A DNA stretch of 64,000 nucleotides from Convolutriloba macropyga (Eukaryota). The notes under the pieces were generated by a model. It was not told the DNA's origin, made no database searches, and saw only the letters and a list, made by a program, of their open reading frames with translations. The stretch spans positions 40,548,001 to 40,612,000 of the forward strand of contig NC_134473.1 in the NCBI RefSeq assembly GCF_964194025.1, written 5' to 3'. Shown one piece after another: positions 36,501 through 48,163 of this stretch (position 1 is the first letter of the stretch; every line of letters begins with the position of its first letter). Made by a program: the position numbers and the translations under genes.

Positions 36501-37881
36501 GAGTGCTTCAATTTCGACAAGAAAACTGGCTGTCGCCATACATTACACTAAATAGTGAAAAGCGGCAAGTTGCGTCAAACAAGTTTGAAGAGAACTTTTA
36601 TAAACTGATGAATAATGCAGTTTATGGTAAAAACTTCGAATCGAAAAGACGCAGAAATAAAATAACAATCTCACGAGATGCCGAGCATGCGCTGAAGATA
36701 ATATCCAGATTTGAGTTTGATCGCTATATGATCTTTGGGGAGAATTTAGCAGCCTTGACCACACGACCAAAGTCCATTTATTGGAACACTCCCACTATTG
36801 TGGGAGCGACTATATTAGATCTTGCAAAATTCCACATGTACTCATTCCATTACAATGTCATGCGCCCCAACTTTAATTGTCGCCTTCTTTACAGCGATAC
36901 AGATAGTCTCCTTTATGCGATAAAAAGCGACGATTTTTATACAGAGTTATCGCAGAAGCCTCAGTCAGTATTAAGTCATTTTGATTTCTCAAATTACCCA
37001 ACCAATCACTTTCTTTACGATACCACTAACAAAAGAGTCGTCCTCAAATACAAGGACGAATTCGCCGGCGACTATATTACTGACTTTATCTGTTTGAAGC
37101 CGAAGCTGTACTCCATCCTGTCAAAAAGTAAGTTTATTCTCTCATAAAACAAAATTGTTAGTTGTTGTATAAAAATTCGTATTGGGTTAATAGGCATCTG
37201 GAAGGTGTTAAATCGTATTATATTTACATAGGGGGTTAGTAATTATAATAGCACCTAATTTTTCTCATTTCTTTCTTTCTTTTAGGTTGTCGAAAACTTT
37301 CAGCAAAAGGGGTGACGAGGGCCGCACAACAACATCTTCGCCACGTCGACTTCCTAAACACTCTCAGCACTGGAAACCACCTGCGCTCAGAGAACACCAG
37401 GATTGTGTCCGACCACCACAGGCTGCAGACAGTTACTACAAACAAAATTTGTCTGTCAGCTTTTGACAACAAGCGCTATATACTACCCGATGGCACAAAA
37501 ACCCTCCCGTTTGGCCATTATGAAATTGTCGATTATGCTATCGATGAAATTGATTGGAATAACGACGATGTGGAATGGGATTATGACGATTTTAGCGACT
37601 TACTTTTGAGCTCTAGCCCAGATTGGGATAACAGTTTTGTTGTACCACATTCCTCTCCAGATACCACCCAAAGCTCCAACACATGGCAACCACCAGACCC
37701 CGGTTTTGTCGCTGCTCAGAATATAAATGATTCGGATATCGAAAGTAGCGATATCGTTGATTTCGATGCCAGTTTTGAAGAAAACTCTACGCCCGATAAT
37801 CCGTTCATTAATTTTGAGGCAGAAGAAGCAAGTGAAAGCGAGTCAGAGGGCCCAGTGTGCAAAACTGCAAGGCGATATTAG
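33536..37881 (+). CDS. Protein-primed family B DNA polymerase, two exons (33536-37127, 37286-37881; ~1395 aa)
   Basis: Three N-terminal C2H2 fingers; OTU-like DRDCFRYC...HHYVLI; exonuclease YFDFES, HNIQNYD; EndoVII-like CWIC...DHCHYSG...AHEKCN; motifs DANNLY, KLMNNAVYGK, YSDTDS, PKLYS. Exon 2 supplies KLSAKGV and DNKRY...TLPFGHY. Confidence 0.95.
37128..37285 (+). other. Spliceosomal GT-AG intron in pPolB (158 nt, phase 1)
   Basis: Donor A|GTAAGT, branch-like CTAAT at 37255-37259, pyrimidine tract and TTTAG acceptor; removal restores the frame. Confidence 0.88.
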
Positions 37882-38082
37882 TGTGCATAATTAAATTTAA
37901 TTGCCCAGAGAGAGACACGCAAAACTGAACCAGTATTGATTTTGCATGCAGTGTGATATTTGGTTTTAATTTAATTTGTTTGAGTGTTTTGAAATCAAAA
38001 GCAAGCGGCGAGACAGAAGGCAAAGTTAAAGGGAAACAAAAGCGGCAAGACTCAAAAGGGAATGATTGAATAGGAGAGGGAT

Positions 38083-38208
38083 ATAAACAGCGGCGGAAAG
38101 ATTTTATCCCGCCTATCCTATTCCCACTTAACCGCCACTACCTATTATCCTATGGTTAAGAGTCGAATGATAACCCCCCCTTTCTTTACGTAGGTATTAT
38201 ATACTACT
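38083..38208 (-). repeat. Right terminal inverted repeat of the Polinton
   Basis: Reverse complement of the left TIR; ends ACTACT, followed by TSD GAGGTA. Confidence 0.95.
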
Positions 38209-39109
38209 GAGGTATATCAAATTTCACACAGCGCTGATTAGTTTTCACAGTTTACAAAAAGAGCTATCGACGAAAAACGAGTATCTTTTTATTGATCAAG
38301 GAAGAAATGAAACCAAGGAACAGGCCACGGAAAAACACATATTAAACAAAACTTTATTTTCTGGGCCATCATGCAATCAGAAATTCATCGACTCTTTGCA
38401 TCATTTTTAAATATTCTGGATTTGGTTTTAAATTCTCAAATGGTTTAATAGTTTTTAACTGGTCGTCGGCATGTCGGTCCATTTTTACTATTGGGTATTA
38501 TCTTTGATTATCTCGGATTCTTCAGAGGTTTTTCAATCAGTTTTGCTCTTTTAACTCCTTTTTAAAAGCTGACGATTCCAGCATTGATTCATAAGTGTTG
38601 AAAATTGTGCTCATGGCAGAAATGTAGCGCAATCGATGAATCAGTTTTTGTAATTCAAAGCAGATTCACATCTTTGTGCTATGGTCAAAGGAGTGAGTGG
38701 AGTCAGTCAGAGTCTCAACAGAGAACTAAGAGTTTTTGTAGAGATCATAAGCGGCGCCTCGAAGGTCCAAAATCATCCAAATAAAATTACCTGAAAGAAA
38801 ATGTTGTGTTATTCGTGATACGAAAGTTTTCAAGAATATTTTGGTAGCATTGTTCCCCATTGTGCTAATGGTTATTAGAAATGACTAAACAAAGAGATAT
38901 TTGTTTGTCTTATTGAATAGCATATTGTGGTTACCTGGTACACTAAATACTACTTCATCTCATTATTTCAATGTCAATTTTTTATTCTTTTGAAGTTTTG
39001 AATTATAGCTAAATAATTGTTCCGTAACCGTGAACAAATTCATTTTTTCTCTATTTATTGTCTGCCCAAGTTGAATGAGGTCCCAGACGGCAGCAATAAT
39101 GTCCAGATC

Positions 39110-39250
39110 AAAATGAACGCACGAGGGGGCCGTCGTGCGTTCATAGTCTGGAAACAACGAAAAATGCACGAAAGTCTGAACATGAATGTACGAAAGTCTG
39201 GTGAACGCACCAAAGTCTGAACATGAACGCACGAAAGACTGGACATGAGC
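39110..39250. repeat. Short imperfect minisatellite (ATGAACGCACGAAAGTCTG-like)
   Basis: About five degenerate copies. Confidence 0.75.
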
Positions 39251-40000
39251 GTGTTTAAAGGTTGAGAGAGAACAACCTAAAGTAAATTGTACATGAGTTA
39301 AGCTTGACATAGCTTGACAAGAAGTTCTACTTGTTCATCGCGTACTTGGCTAGAGACATGAAGCCTTGAAGAACAAGAAAGAACGTGAGAACGGGTTATA
39401 AGAGATGCCCAAGTTAAGGAGCTTAAGAGCAGCTGGTGCAAATGGGCAGCAAACTAAGCTTGCAAGTAAAAGATGCTTGGCACTTTCAGAATGGGATGGT
39501 TCGGACAGACCTGCTTCCGTCTGGCACCTCAGCCTGGGATATTTGCAGATTCAACTTGGTCAGTTCGTAGGAGGATATGTAGCAATGATAGCCAAAGTCA
39601 TCCTGGACATTTTTGTTGGTTTGAAAAATAAAAATTGATTACTTTAGAGTCAATTTAGATCTTATCAATAATCGCCTCCCCTTTAGTAACTATAGTAGAA
39701 AATTTCCTCCACTTCTATACTATACTAAGATTTTTGCGTGAGCGTGCTGGTCAGATAAGCTCTTATTTGTCAATAATTTGCTCGCTTAAAATCTATTCAA
39801 GATTTGCCCCCACTTTTGTATTAGGGGAGGGGATTGTTGAAAGATGCGTTAAATTTTTAAGCGTTAAATGTTTTCCTTTATTCACCTTAAGCTATCATAA
39901 GAAATTTATAATGTATTGAAAAGTTTTTTTTCAGTGCCCACTTTGGTTAAGTTTTAAAGTTAAATTGTTCTAATTTCATGTTTTTTAGTTACTTTTCGAA

Positions 40001-41203
40001 ATGGATTTGAAAATCTCGCTTGTTTATATGTTTATTTTGTCATATTGCTCTATATTTTACCTCTCAGTTAACAACGGATACAATCAAAAACGCACCAAAG
40101 GCTACAATTCACTATCAGATAAACAAAATCACCAATATCACGAGACAGAGGAATCAAAAATTTCCAGGAAAACGAGATGTATGTCATCTAACTGGTCATT
40201 CAGAAACACAACCCACAAAAAAGCACCCATAACTTTCATGCCACCCGGGGACCAGCTTTTAATGCCCCAATCGTATAAAATTGAAATATGCGACACCACA
40301 AAAGCTAACTTACGTGTCCTTTTCTTTCTTAGCCGAATCAGCCAATCAGAACAGCGAAATGCTATTAGAAATACGTATGGTGCTTTCGATAAATATCTCA
40401 ATGACAGTTCCCTAGACGGTAACTGGTCGCTATTTTTTCTGGTCGGGAAACCATCTGGTCAGGTTGAAAGAAGTAATATGGAGAAAGAAGCCGAACAGTT
40501 TGGAGATGTAATTGTGGCGAACGTCAGTGAAGGTTACTACAGGACAACATACAAGCTATTAGTTGCAATAAAAGTAGTTTCGTGCTTTTGTCCAAATGCT
40601 GAGTATGTAATTAAAGCGGATGATGATACCTATCTTGTAATGAAGAAATTTGACAAAATGATTACATTTCATCAACAAATGGTCGATAAAGGCACGGTTG
40701 ATAGTGCTAGTCACCACATATCAAATTCTGTTATAAGCGAAGGACATCGAAATTTCTACACGGGAGCCGTTTGTGGGGACAAATATCAACCGCTGAAGAA
40801 AGGTCCGCAATTAGTGAAGAAGACAGAGTTTTCGGACGAATTTTACCCGTTTTTCTGTTTCGGACCATTCAATATTTTTACAATGCAATCTGTTCATAAG
40901 TTGGCTATTGACTGTCCACATCATTGCATAGGTCGAAAAGCGGAAGATTATGAAGAAAACAAAAGCAAGACATGTTTTCACAAATTTGAAGATGTGTTCA
41001 TTGGTTCATGTGTCGCAATCACTCAGCATGATGAAACGGTTTTGTCATATATCGATGAGAAACTGGGAGTTTATCTTGGCACTACGCGTGAAATGGGAAA
41101 AATACTACCTCCCGAGAATCATTTAGCCGTACATTGGAACAAAAAACCCGAACAGATGAGAAAAACTCACGAATTTTACCTCCGCAGAAACCTTTTGTAC
41201 TAA
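40001..41203 (+). CDS. GT31 family beta-1,3-glycosyltransferase (B3GALT/B3GNT-like), copy 1
   Basis: Type II N-terminal anchor, RNAIRNTYG, FLVG, E...FGDVI, KADDDTY (DxD), YPFFCFG, FEDVFIG; intronless CDS. Confidence 0.9.
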   Translation: MDLKISLVYMFILSYCSIFYLSVNNGYNQKRTKGYNSLSDKQNHQYHETEESKISRKTRCMSSNWSFRNTTHKKAPITFMPPGDQLLMPQSYKIEICDTTKANLRVLFFLSRISQSEQRNAIRNTYGAFDKYLNDSSLDGNWSLFFLVGKPSGQVERSNMEKEAEQFGDVIVANVSEGYYRTTYKLLVAIKVVSCFCPNAEYVIKADDDTYLVMKKFDKMITFHQQMVDKGTVDSASHHISNSVISEGHRNFYTGAVCGDKYQPLKKGPQLVKKTEFSDEFYPFFCFGPFNIFTMQSVHKLAIDCPHHCIGRKAEDYEENKSKTCFHKFEDVFIGSCVAITQHDETVLSYIDEKLGVYLGTTREMGKILPPENHLAVHWNKKPEQMRKTHEFYLRRNLLY

Positions 41204-43733
41204 TTGATAACAATTGCAGAATCAGGACATCTCTAGTGGCATTTAATTCGTAACAAAATGGCAATACTGTGAAATGAAAACTTTGCTTAGAATATTTGGA
41301 TTATATTTATTCAAGAACAATGCTTGACAATTCACAGAATATTGAAAGAGCTTAAGATATGACTTTTGTGTGAAATTTCCGCTTTGTCAGTATTTATCAT
41401 ATTAATTTGAAATAAAAACAAACACTCTGATACCAGAATTTTAATAAAATTTATGTATATTTCTAAATACCCCGCCAGCTCAATTGTTCATTAGAGGAAA
41501 AAACTAAATTGAGAGATTATATGAGAGATTTTTCAAAATTGAACTTGCATTTTATTTGATTAAAAGACCCGGACATGAAAACCCTACTATAGTCTCTACG
41601 TAGCACAAAAAGCTCCTTTAACGCCGAAGACATGTTCCCATCAACTATTCAAACTGGAAGCGCAAAATGCTACAAAACTGTAAATGATTATACCATTTGT
41701 TCGAAATCGTCAACATATTTTTCGTATTTTTTGTCATTGAATTTAAATATATATCTTTTTTTTGTAACAATATATCTGTTTATACACTAGACACCAGAAA
41801 TCTAGACCAAATAATTCAAATTTTCTGGATAATTTTTTGGAGGAGCCAAAATTTTGATTCGCACATTTTTTGTTCTCTGATATTCATGCCCTAGTTCAGA
41901 AAACGTCGCATGTAAACGTAAGAAAATTGTCGGTACGTTCGCTTCTCGACAAAAACGACGAAAGCCCTTACGTTTTTTTTTCTTTTCGATTTTTAAACGC
42001 AAGAGAATCGTTGATATGGTCGGTTTGAAACTACTAGAAATCATGACAACTAGATGACGGATGTATTTGACTCCTTATCATATCAAGATTCAGTGAGTGT
42101 GATTTGATGAACTGAAAGTTCAGGAAGTCTTATAAGTTCTTAAATTGAAAAAAAAATGTATTTGTTCAACTAGTCTCATAAATGAACTAAAGAAGAAAGT
42201 CATTTTTTGATGAGTTTGTTTCCAGCAGTTACGTTAGTAGGAACGTTTGATTAGAAATATATCTTAAAATTTGACTATATTATATACAAAAAACTAAAAT
42301 ATTTGTTCAGAAGAAACCAAGTATTATTTTACGTATAAAATTGAAGAACACACTAAGAGCTAAGAGACAGAACACACGGACAATTTTTTGCGTTCGAAAC
42401 CGAACATACCGACCATATCTGAGGTGAACTTGCGTACAGCAGGTCTCTAAAACACAGAATAACTAATACGTATTAAGAAAGAACTTAAAATCAAGAACCT
42501 ACTGAATGCTTTCAGAAGTTATCAAAATGATAAAAATGATCAGACCTCTATTTGTTGGCTTAAAATATACAATGGGCACATTGTTGCTGCTGGGGTTTTC
42601 TAAAGGTGAAATATTTAATTATCAAAACAATCTCGAAAATGCTTTTCTCATCCTATTAGAGAAATCTCGCTCAAAAATTTTATTCCATTTTTATCTGTGC
42701 AAACCTTGAATTGATTTTATTTGTAAAAAGTCCTTAATCTAACCACCTTGCTTATAGATATAATATTCCCGTGCGATCTTAAGTCTCTAAAGTCTCTGTA
42801 TCTAATGGCAGCCCTCGCACCAATGACAAGGAAAGTTTGACACCGCCCCGTTCAATTCAGTGGTTTCAATTTTGTCCGGTTATTACGATTTCGCCTTAAC
42901 TTTTGTGAACTGTATTATGGGCTACGCAGCAGATTAGGGTCGCATTTCCTGATTCTGAACGCACGAAAGACTGGACATTTAGCGTGTTTAAAGGTTGAGA
43001 GAGAACAACCTAAAGTAAATTGTACATGAGTTAAGCTTGACATAGCTTGACAAGAAGTTCTACTTGTTCATCGCGTACTTGGCTAGAGACATGAAGCCTT
43101 GAAGAACAAGAAAGAACGTGAGAACGGGTTATAAGAGATGCCCAAGTTAAGGAGCTTAAGAGCAGCTGGTGCAAATGGGCAGCAAACTAAGCTTGCAAGT
43201 AAAAGATGCTTGGCACTTTCAGAATGGGATGGTTCGGACAGACCTGCTTCCGTCTGGCACCTCAGCCTGGGATATTTGCAGATTCAACTTGGTCAGTTCG
43301 TAGGAGGATATGTAGCAATGATAGCCAAAGTCATCCTGGACATTTTTGTTGGTTTGAAAAATAAAAATTGATTACTTTAGAGTCAATTTAGATCTTATCA
43401 ATAATCGCCTCCCCTTTAGTAACTATAGTAGAAAATTTCCTCCACTTCTATACTATACTAAGATTTTTGCGTGAGCGTGCTGGTCAGATAAGCTCTTATT
43501 TGTCAATAATTTGCTCGCTTAAAATCTATTCAAGATTTGCCCCCACTTTTGTATTAGGGGAGGGGATTGTTGAAAGATGCGTTAAATTTTTAAGCGTTAA
43601 ATGTTTTCCTTTATTCACCTTAAGCTATCATAAGAAATTTATAATGTATTGAAAAGTTTTTTTTCAGTGCCCACTTTGGTTAAGTTTTAAAGTTAAATTG
43701 TTCTAATTTCATGTTTTTTAGTTACTTTTCGAA

Positions 43734-44936
43734 ATGGATTTGAAAATCTCGCTTGTTTATATGTTTGTTTTGTCATATTGCTCTATATTTTACCTCTCAG
43801 TTAACAACGGATACAATCAAAAACGCACCAAAGGCTACAATTCACTATCAGATAAACAAAATCACCAATATCACGAGACAGAGGAATCAAAAATTTCCAG
43901 GAAAACGAGATGTATGTCATCTAACTGGTCATTCAGAAACACAACCCACAAAAAAGCACCCATAACTTTCATGCCACCCGGGGACCAGCTTTTAATGCCC
44001 CAATCGTATAAAATTGAAATATGCGACACCACAAAAGCTAACTTACGTGTCCTTTTCTTTCTTAGCCGAATCAGCCAATCAGAACAGCGAAATGCTATTA
44101 GAAATACGTATGGTGCTTTCGATAAATATCTCAATGACAGTTCCCTAGACGGTAACTGGTCGCTATTTTTTCTGGTCGGGAAACCATCTGGTCAGGTTGA
44201 AAGAAGTAATATGGAGAAAGAAGCCGAACAGTTTGGAGATGTAATTGTGGCGAACGTCAGTGAAGGTTACTACAGGACAACATACAAGCTATTAGTTGCA
44301 ATAAAAGTAGTTTCGTGCTTTTGTCCAAATGCTGAGTATGTAATTAAAGCGGATGATGATACCTATCTTGTAATGAAGAAATTTGACAAAATGATTACAT
44401 TTCATCAACAAATGGTCGATAAAGGCACGGTTGATAGTGCTAGTCACCACATATCAAATTCTGTTATAAGCGAAGGACATCGAAATTTCTACACGGGAGC
44501 CGTTTGTGGGGACAAATATCAACCGCTGAAGAAAGGTCCGCAATTAGTGAAGAAGACAGAGTTTTCGGACGAATTTTACCCGTTTTTCTGTTTCGGACCA
44601 TTCAATATTTTTACAATGCAATCTGTTCATAAGTTGGCTATTGACTGTCCACATCATTGCATAGGTCGAAAAGCGGAAGATTATGAAGAAAACAAAAGCA
44701 AGACATGTTTTCACAAATTTGAAGATGTGTTCATTGGTTCATGTGTCGCAATCACTCAGCATGATGAAACGGTTTTGTCATATATCGATGAGAAACTGGG
44801 AGTTTATCTTGGCACTACGCGTGAAATGGGAAAAATACTACCTCCCGAGAATCATTTAGCCGTACATTGGAACAAAAAACCCGAACAGATGAGAAAAACT
44901 CACGAATTTTACCTCCGCAGAAACCTTTTGTACTAA
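43734..44936 (+). CDS. GT31 family beta-1,3-glycosyltransferase, copy 2
   Basis: Identical to copy 1 except I12V. Confidence 0.9.
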   Translation: MDLKISLVYMFVLSYCSIFYLSVNNGYNQKRTKGYNSLSDKQNHQYHETEESKISRKTRCMSSNWSFRNTTHKKAPITFMPPGDQLLMPQSYKIEICDTTKANLRVLFFLSRISQSEQRNAIRNTYGAFDKYLNDSSLDGNWSLFFLVGKPSGQVERSNMEKEAEQFGDVIVANVSEGYYRTTYKLLVAIKVVSCFCPNAEYVIKADDDTYLVMKKFDKMITFHQQMVDKGTVDSASHHISNSVISEGHRNFYTGAVCGDKYQPLKKGPQLVKKTEFSDEFYPFFCFGPFNIFTMQSVHKLAIDCPHHCIGRKAEDYEENKSKTCFHKFEDVFIGSCVAITQHDETVLSYIDEKLGVYLGTTREMGKILPPENHLAVHWNKKPEQMRKTHEFYLRRNLLY

Positions 44937-46760
44937 TTGATAACAATTGCAGAATCAGGACATCTCTAGTGGCATTTAATTCGTAACAAAATGGCAATAC
45001 TGTGAAATGAAAACTTTGCTTAGAATATTTGGATTATATTTATTCAAGAACAATGCTTGACAATTCACAGAATATTGAAAGAGCTTAAGATATGACTTTT
45101 GTGTGAAATTTCCGCTTTGTCAGTATTTATCATATTAATTTGAAATAAAAACAAACACTCTGATACCAGAATTTTAATAAAATTTATGTATATTTCTAAA
45201 TACCCCGCCAGCTCAATTGTTCATTAGAGGAAAAAACTAAATTGAGAGATTATATGAGAGATTTTTCAAAATTGAACTTGCATTTTATTTGATTAAAAGA
45301 CCCGGACATGAAAACCCTACTATAGTCTCTACGTAGCACAAAAAGCTCCTTTAACGCCGAAGACATGTTCCCATCAACTATTCAAACTGGAAGCGCAAAA
45401 TGCTACAAAACTGTAAATGATTATACCATTTGTTCGAAATCGTCAACATATTTTTCGTATTTTTTGTCATTGAATTTAAATATATATCTTTTTTTTTGTA
45501 ACAATATATCTGTTTATACACTAGACACCAGAAATCTAGACCAAATAATTCAAATTTTCTGGATAATTTTTTGGAGGAGCCAAAATTTTGATTCGCACAT
45601 TTTTTGTTCTCTGATATTCATGCCCTAGTTCAGAAAACGTCGCATGTAAACGTAAGAAAATTGTCGGTACGTTCGCTTCTCGACAAAAACGACGAAAGCC
45701 CTTACGTTTTTTTTTCTTTTCGATTTTTAAACGCAAGAGAATCGTTGATATGGTCGGTTTGAAACTACTAGAAATCATGACAACTAGATGACGGATGTAT
45801 TTGACTCCTTATCATATCAAGATTCAGTGAGTGTGATTTGATGAACTGAAAGTTCAGGAAGTCTTATAAGTTCTTAAATTGAAAAAAAAATGTATTTGTT
45901 CAACTAGTCTCATAAATGAACTAAAGAAGAAAGTCATTTTTTGATGAGTTTGTTTCCAGCAGTTACGTTAGTAGGAACGTTTGATTAGAAATATATCTTA
46001 AAATTTGACTATATTATATACAAAAAACTAAAATATTTGTTCAGAAGAAACCAAGTATTATTTTACGTATAAAATTGAAGAACACACTAAGAGCTAAGAG
46101 ACAGAACACACGGACAATTTTTTGCGTTCGAAACCGAACATACCGACCATATCTGAGGTGAACTTGCGTACAGCAGGTCTCTAAAACACAGAATAACTAA
46201 TACGTATTAAGAAAGAACTTAAAATCAAGAACCTACTGAATGCTTTCAGAAGTTATCAAAATGATAAAAATGATCAGACCTCTATTTGTTGGCTTAAAAT
46301 ATACAATGGGCACATTGTTGCTGCTGGGGTTTTCTAAAGGTGAAATATTTAATTATCAAAACAATCTCGAAAATGCTTTTCTCATCCTATTAGAGAAATC
46401 TCGCTCAAAAATTTTATTCCATTTTTATCTGTGCAAACCTTGAATTGATTTTATTTGTAAAAAGTCCTTAATCTAACCACCTTGCTTATAGATATAATAT
46501 TCCCGTGCGATCTTAAGTCTCTAAAGTCTCTGTATCTAATGGCAGCCCTCGCACCAATGACAAGGAAAGTTTGACACCGCCCCGTTCAATTCAGTGGTTT
46601 CAATTTTGTCCGGTTATTACGATTTCGCCTTAACTTTTGTGAACTGTATTATGGGCTACGCAGCAGATTAGGGTCGCATTTCCTGATTCTGAATTAGTCC
46701 CAATAAACAAAAACTTTTAGCATTGCTGTTTAACAAATTGCTTCGCACAGAATAACAGAT

Positions 46761-47078
46761 AGTAATGTCTAAACTTTGATTGGATGTAAAGTTAAGCCAT
46801 TTCTATTTAAACTTAGTTAAATCTTATTGGTGGAAAAATGCATGATTTATTATTGAATGAATAGCTTACCATTAGAAGGATTGGATTAGAAGAAGTGAAG
46901 TTGTAGAAAGATATTGTTTAATTTGAAAGAAGAAAGTTTAGATGGAATGTAGAAGAGAATTGATTATTAGAATTCGTTGTTTTGGGAAACTGCAGGAACC
47001 ACATCCGAAGACCTGAAATATATTCTTAATAATATCAGATACTTAACAAAAATTTAGTTTATTATTGCGAATATAAGT
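46761..47078 (+). repeat. 5' LTR
   Basis: AGTAAT...ATAAGT; one substitution seen relative to the 3' LTR; followed by TGGTGAC. Confidence 0.95.
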
Positions 47079-47085
47079 TGGTGAC
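47079..47085 (+). promoter_or_regulatory. Truncated primer-binding site (TGGTGAC)
   Basis: TGG directly after the 5' LTR; the rest is replaced by the rearrangement. Confidence 0.6.
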
Positions 47086-47093
47086 AATTCTGA

Positions 47094-47498
47094 TTAATAC
47101 GCAATTCTGATTAATAACCGTTAACTTATTAAAAATTATAGATACCCATTGCATGCGAAAATTTTGTACACAAACCATAACACCAAAAGCCGTCTTGTTA
47201 ATGTGGTTTCAAATTCTTTAATGAAGGAGTTTATAAATTAATAAGCAGTGTAACATCAAAATTAAAGAAGCGCAGAGTAATGTCTAAACTTTGATTGGAT
47301 GTAAAGTTAAGCCATTTCTATTTAAATTTAGTTAAATCTTATTGGTGAAAAAATGCATTATTTATTATTGAATGAATAGCTTACCATTAGAAGGATTGGA
47401 TTAGAAGAAGTGAAGTTGTATAAAGATATTGTTTAATTTGAAAGAAGAAAGTTTACATGGAATGTAGAAGAGAATTGATTATTAGAATTCGTTGTTTT
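47094..47498 (+). repeat. Ectopic copy of 3' UTR + PPT + partial third LTR (47276-47498)
   Basis: Matches 57266-57670 with about six substitutions. Confidence 0.92.
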
Positions 47499-48163
47499 CG
47501 AGACTGTGTGTAAAATCTGCGATTTCGAGAGTTTTCTATTCTTTATTGGCGAAGCTAATGAGATAGTTAGGTCTGGTAAATAAAGTAGACCCTTATAAGG
47601 ATGTATCACAATATTGTATTTGCGAAAGAATGGAAGGCCAAGTAACATTGAAGTTATATTTTGCAAGATCAAAAATTCTTCTCTAAACTGACAATTTCCA
47701 ATAGTTATTTGAATTTGAACACATTTTTCAACACGAACAACTCTTCCATCTGCCATTTTCACTGATTCGGGGAAAGGTTCTGACGATTTGAGGATCTTGC
47801 TCGGCTCCTTTTTCAATATCAAATTAAAGAGTTTAATTGGCAGTGCACTTGAAAATGCGCCTGTGTCTAATAAAGCGTTAATGTGGAAAGTATCAAAAAT
47901 AAGCGGTACATAGAAAAGTTTCTCTCCTTGTAAAGAAATTTTGCCTGTTTTACATGCTGGGACAATAGCCGTTAGATAATGTGGTTGATTCAGTTTTTTG
48001 ATGGGTTGTATCTGTTGAATGGGATGTTTGTCCCACGTTCCGGTAACGTTTTAAACCAACAGTCACTTCTTTTATGTCCTGGTTGTCCACAGCAGTGGCA
48101 TAATAGATTTCCTCTCCCTCGGTAGGAATTTGAAGTTTGATAGCGTTGTGAAGATTGCCAACG
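47489..48163 (-). pseudogene. Inverted fragment of gag C-terminus (CCHC knuckle) and aspartic protease
   Basis: CHCCGQPGHKRSDC; slippery A AAA AAC at 47999-47993 into the -1 frame; ALLDTGA and LLGLPFF. Confidence 0.9.

Larger units (their letters stand above)
21496..38208 (+). mobile_element. Complete Polinton/Maverick (adintovirus-like) element, 16.7 kb
   Basis: 5'-AGTAGT...ACTACT-3' termini, ~127-bp TIRs, 6-bp TSD GAGGTA (21490-21495 and 38209-38214). Encodes pPolB, rve integrase, ATPase, protease, MCP and penton. Confidence 0.98.
39224..46693 (+). repeat. Near-identical tandem duplication, ~3.73-kb unit (39224-42959 and 42956-46693)
   Basis: ORFs repeat at +3733/3734; TGAA microhomology at the junction. 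Confidence 0.97.

Noticed and set aside
47079-47096. Assigning the primer tRNA
   Set aside because: Only 7 nt of the PBS survive the rearrangement.
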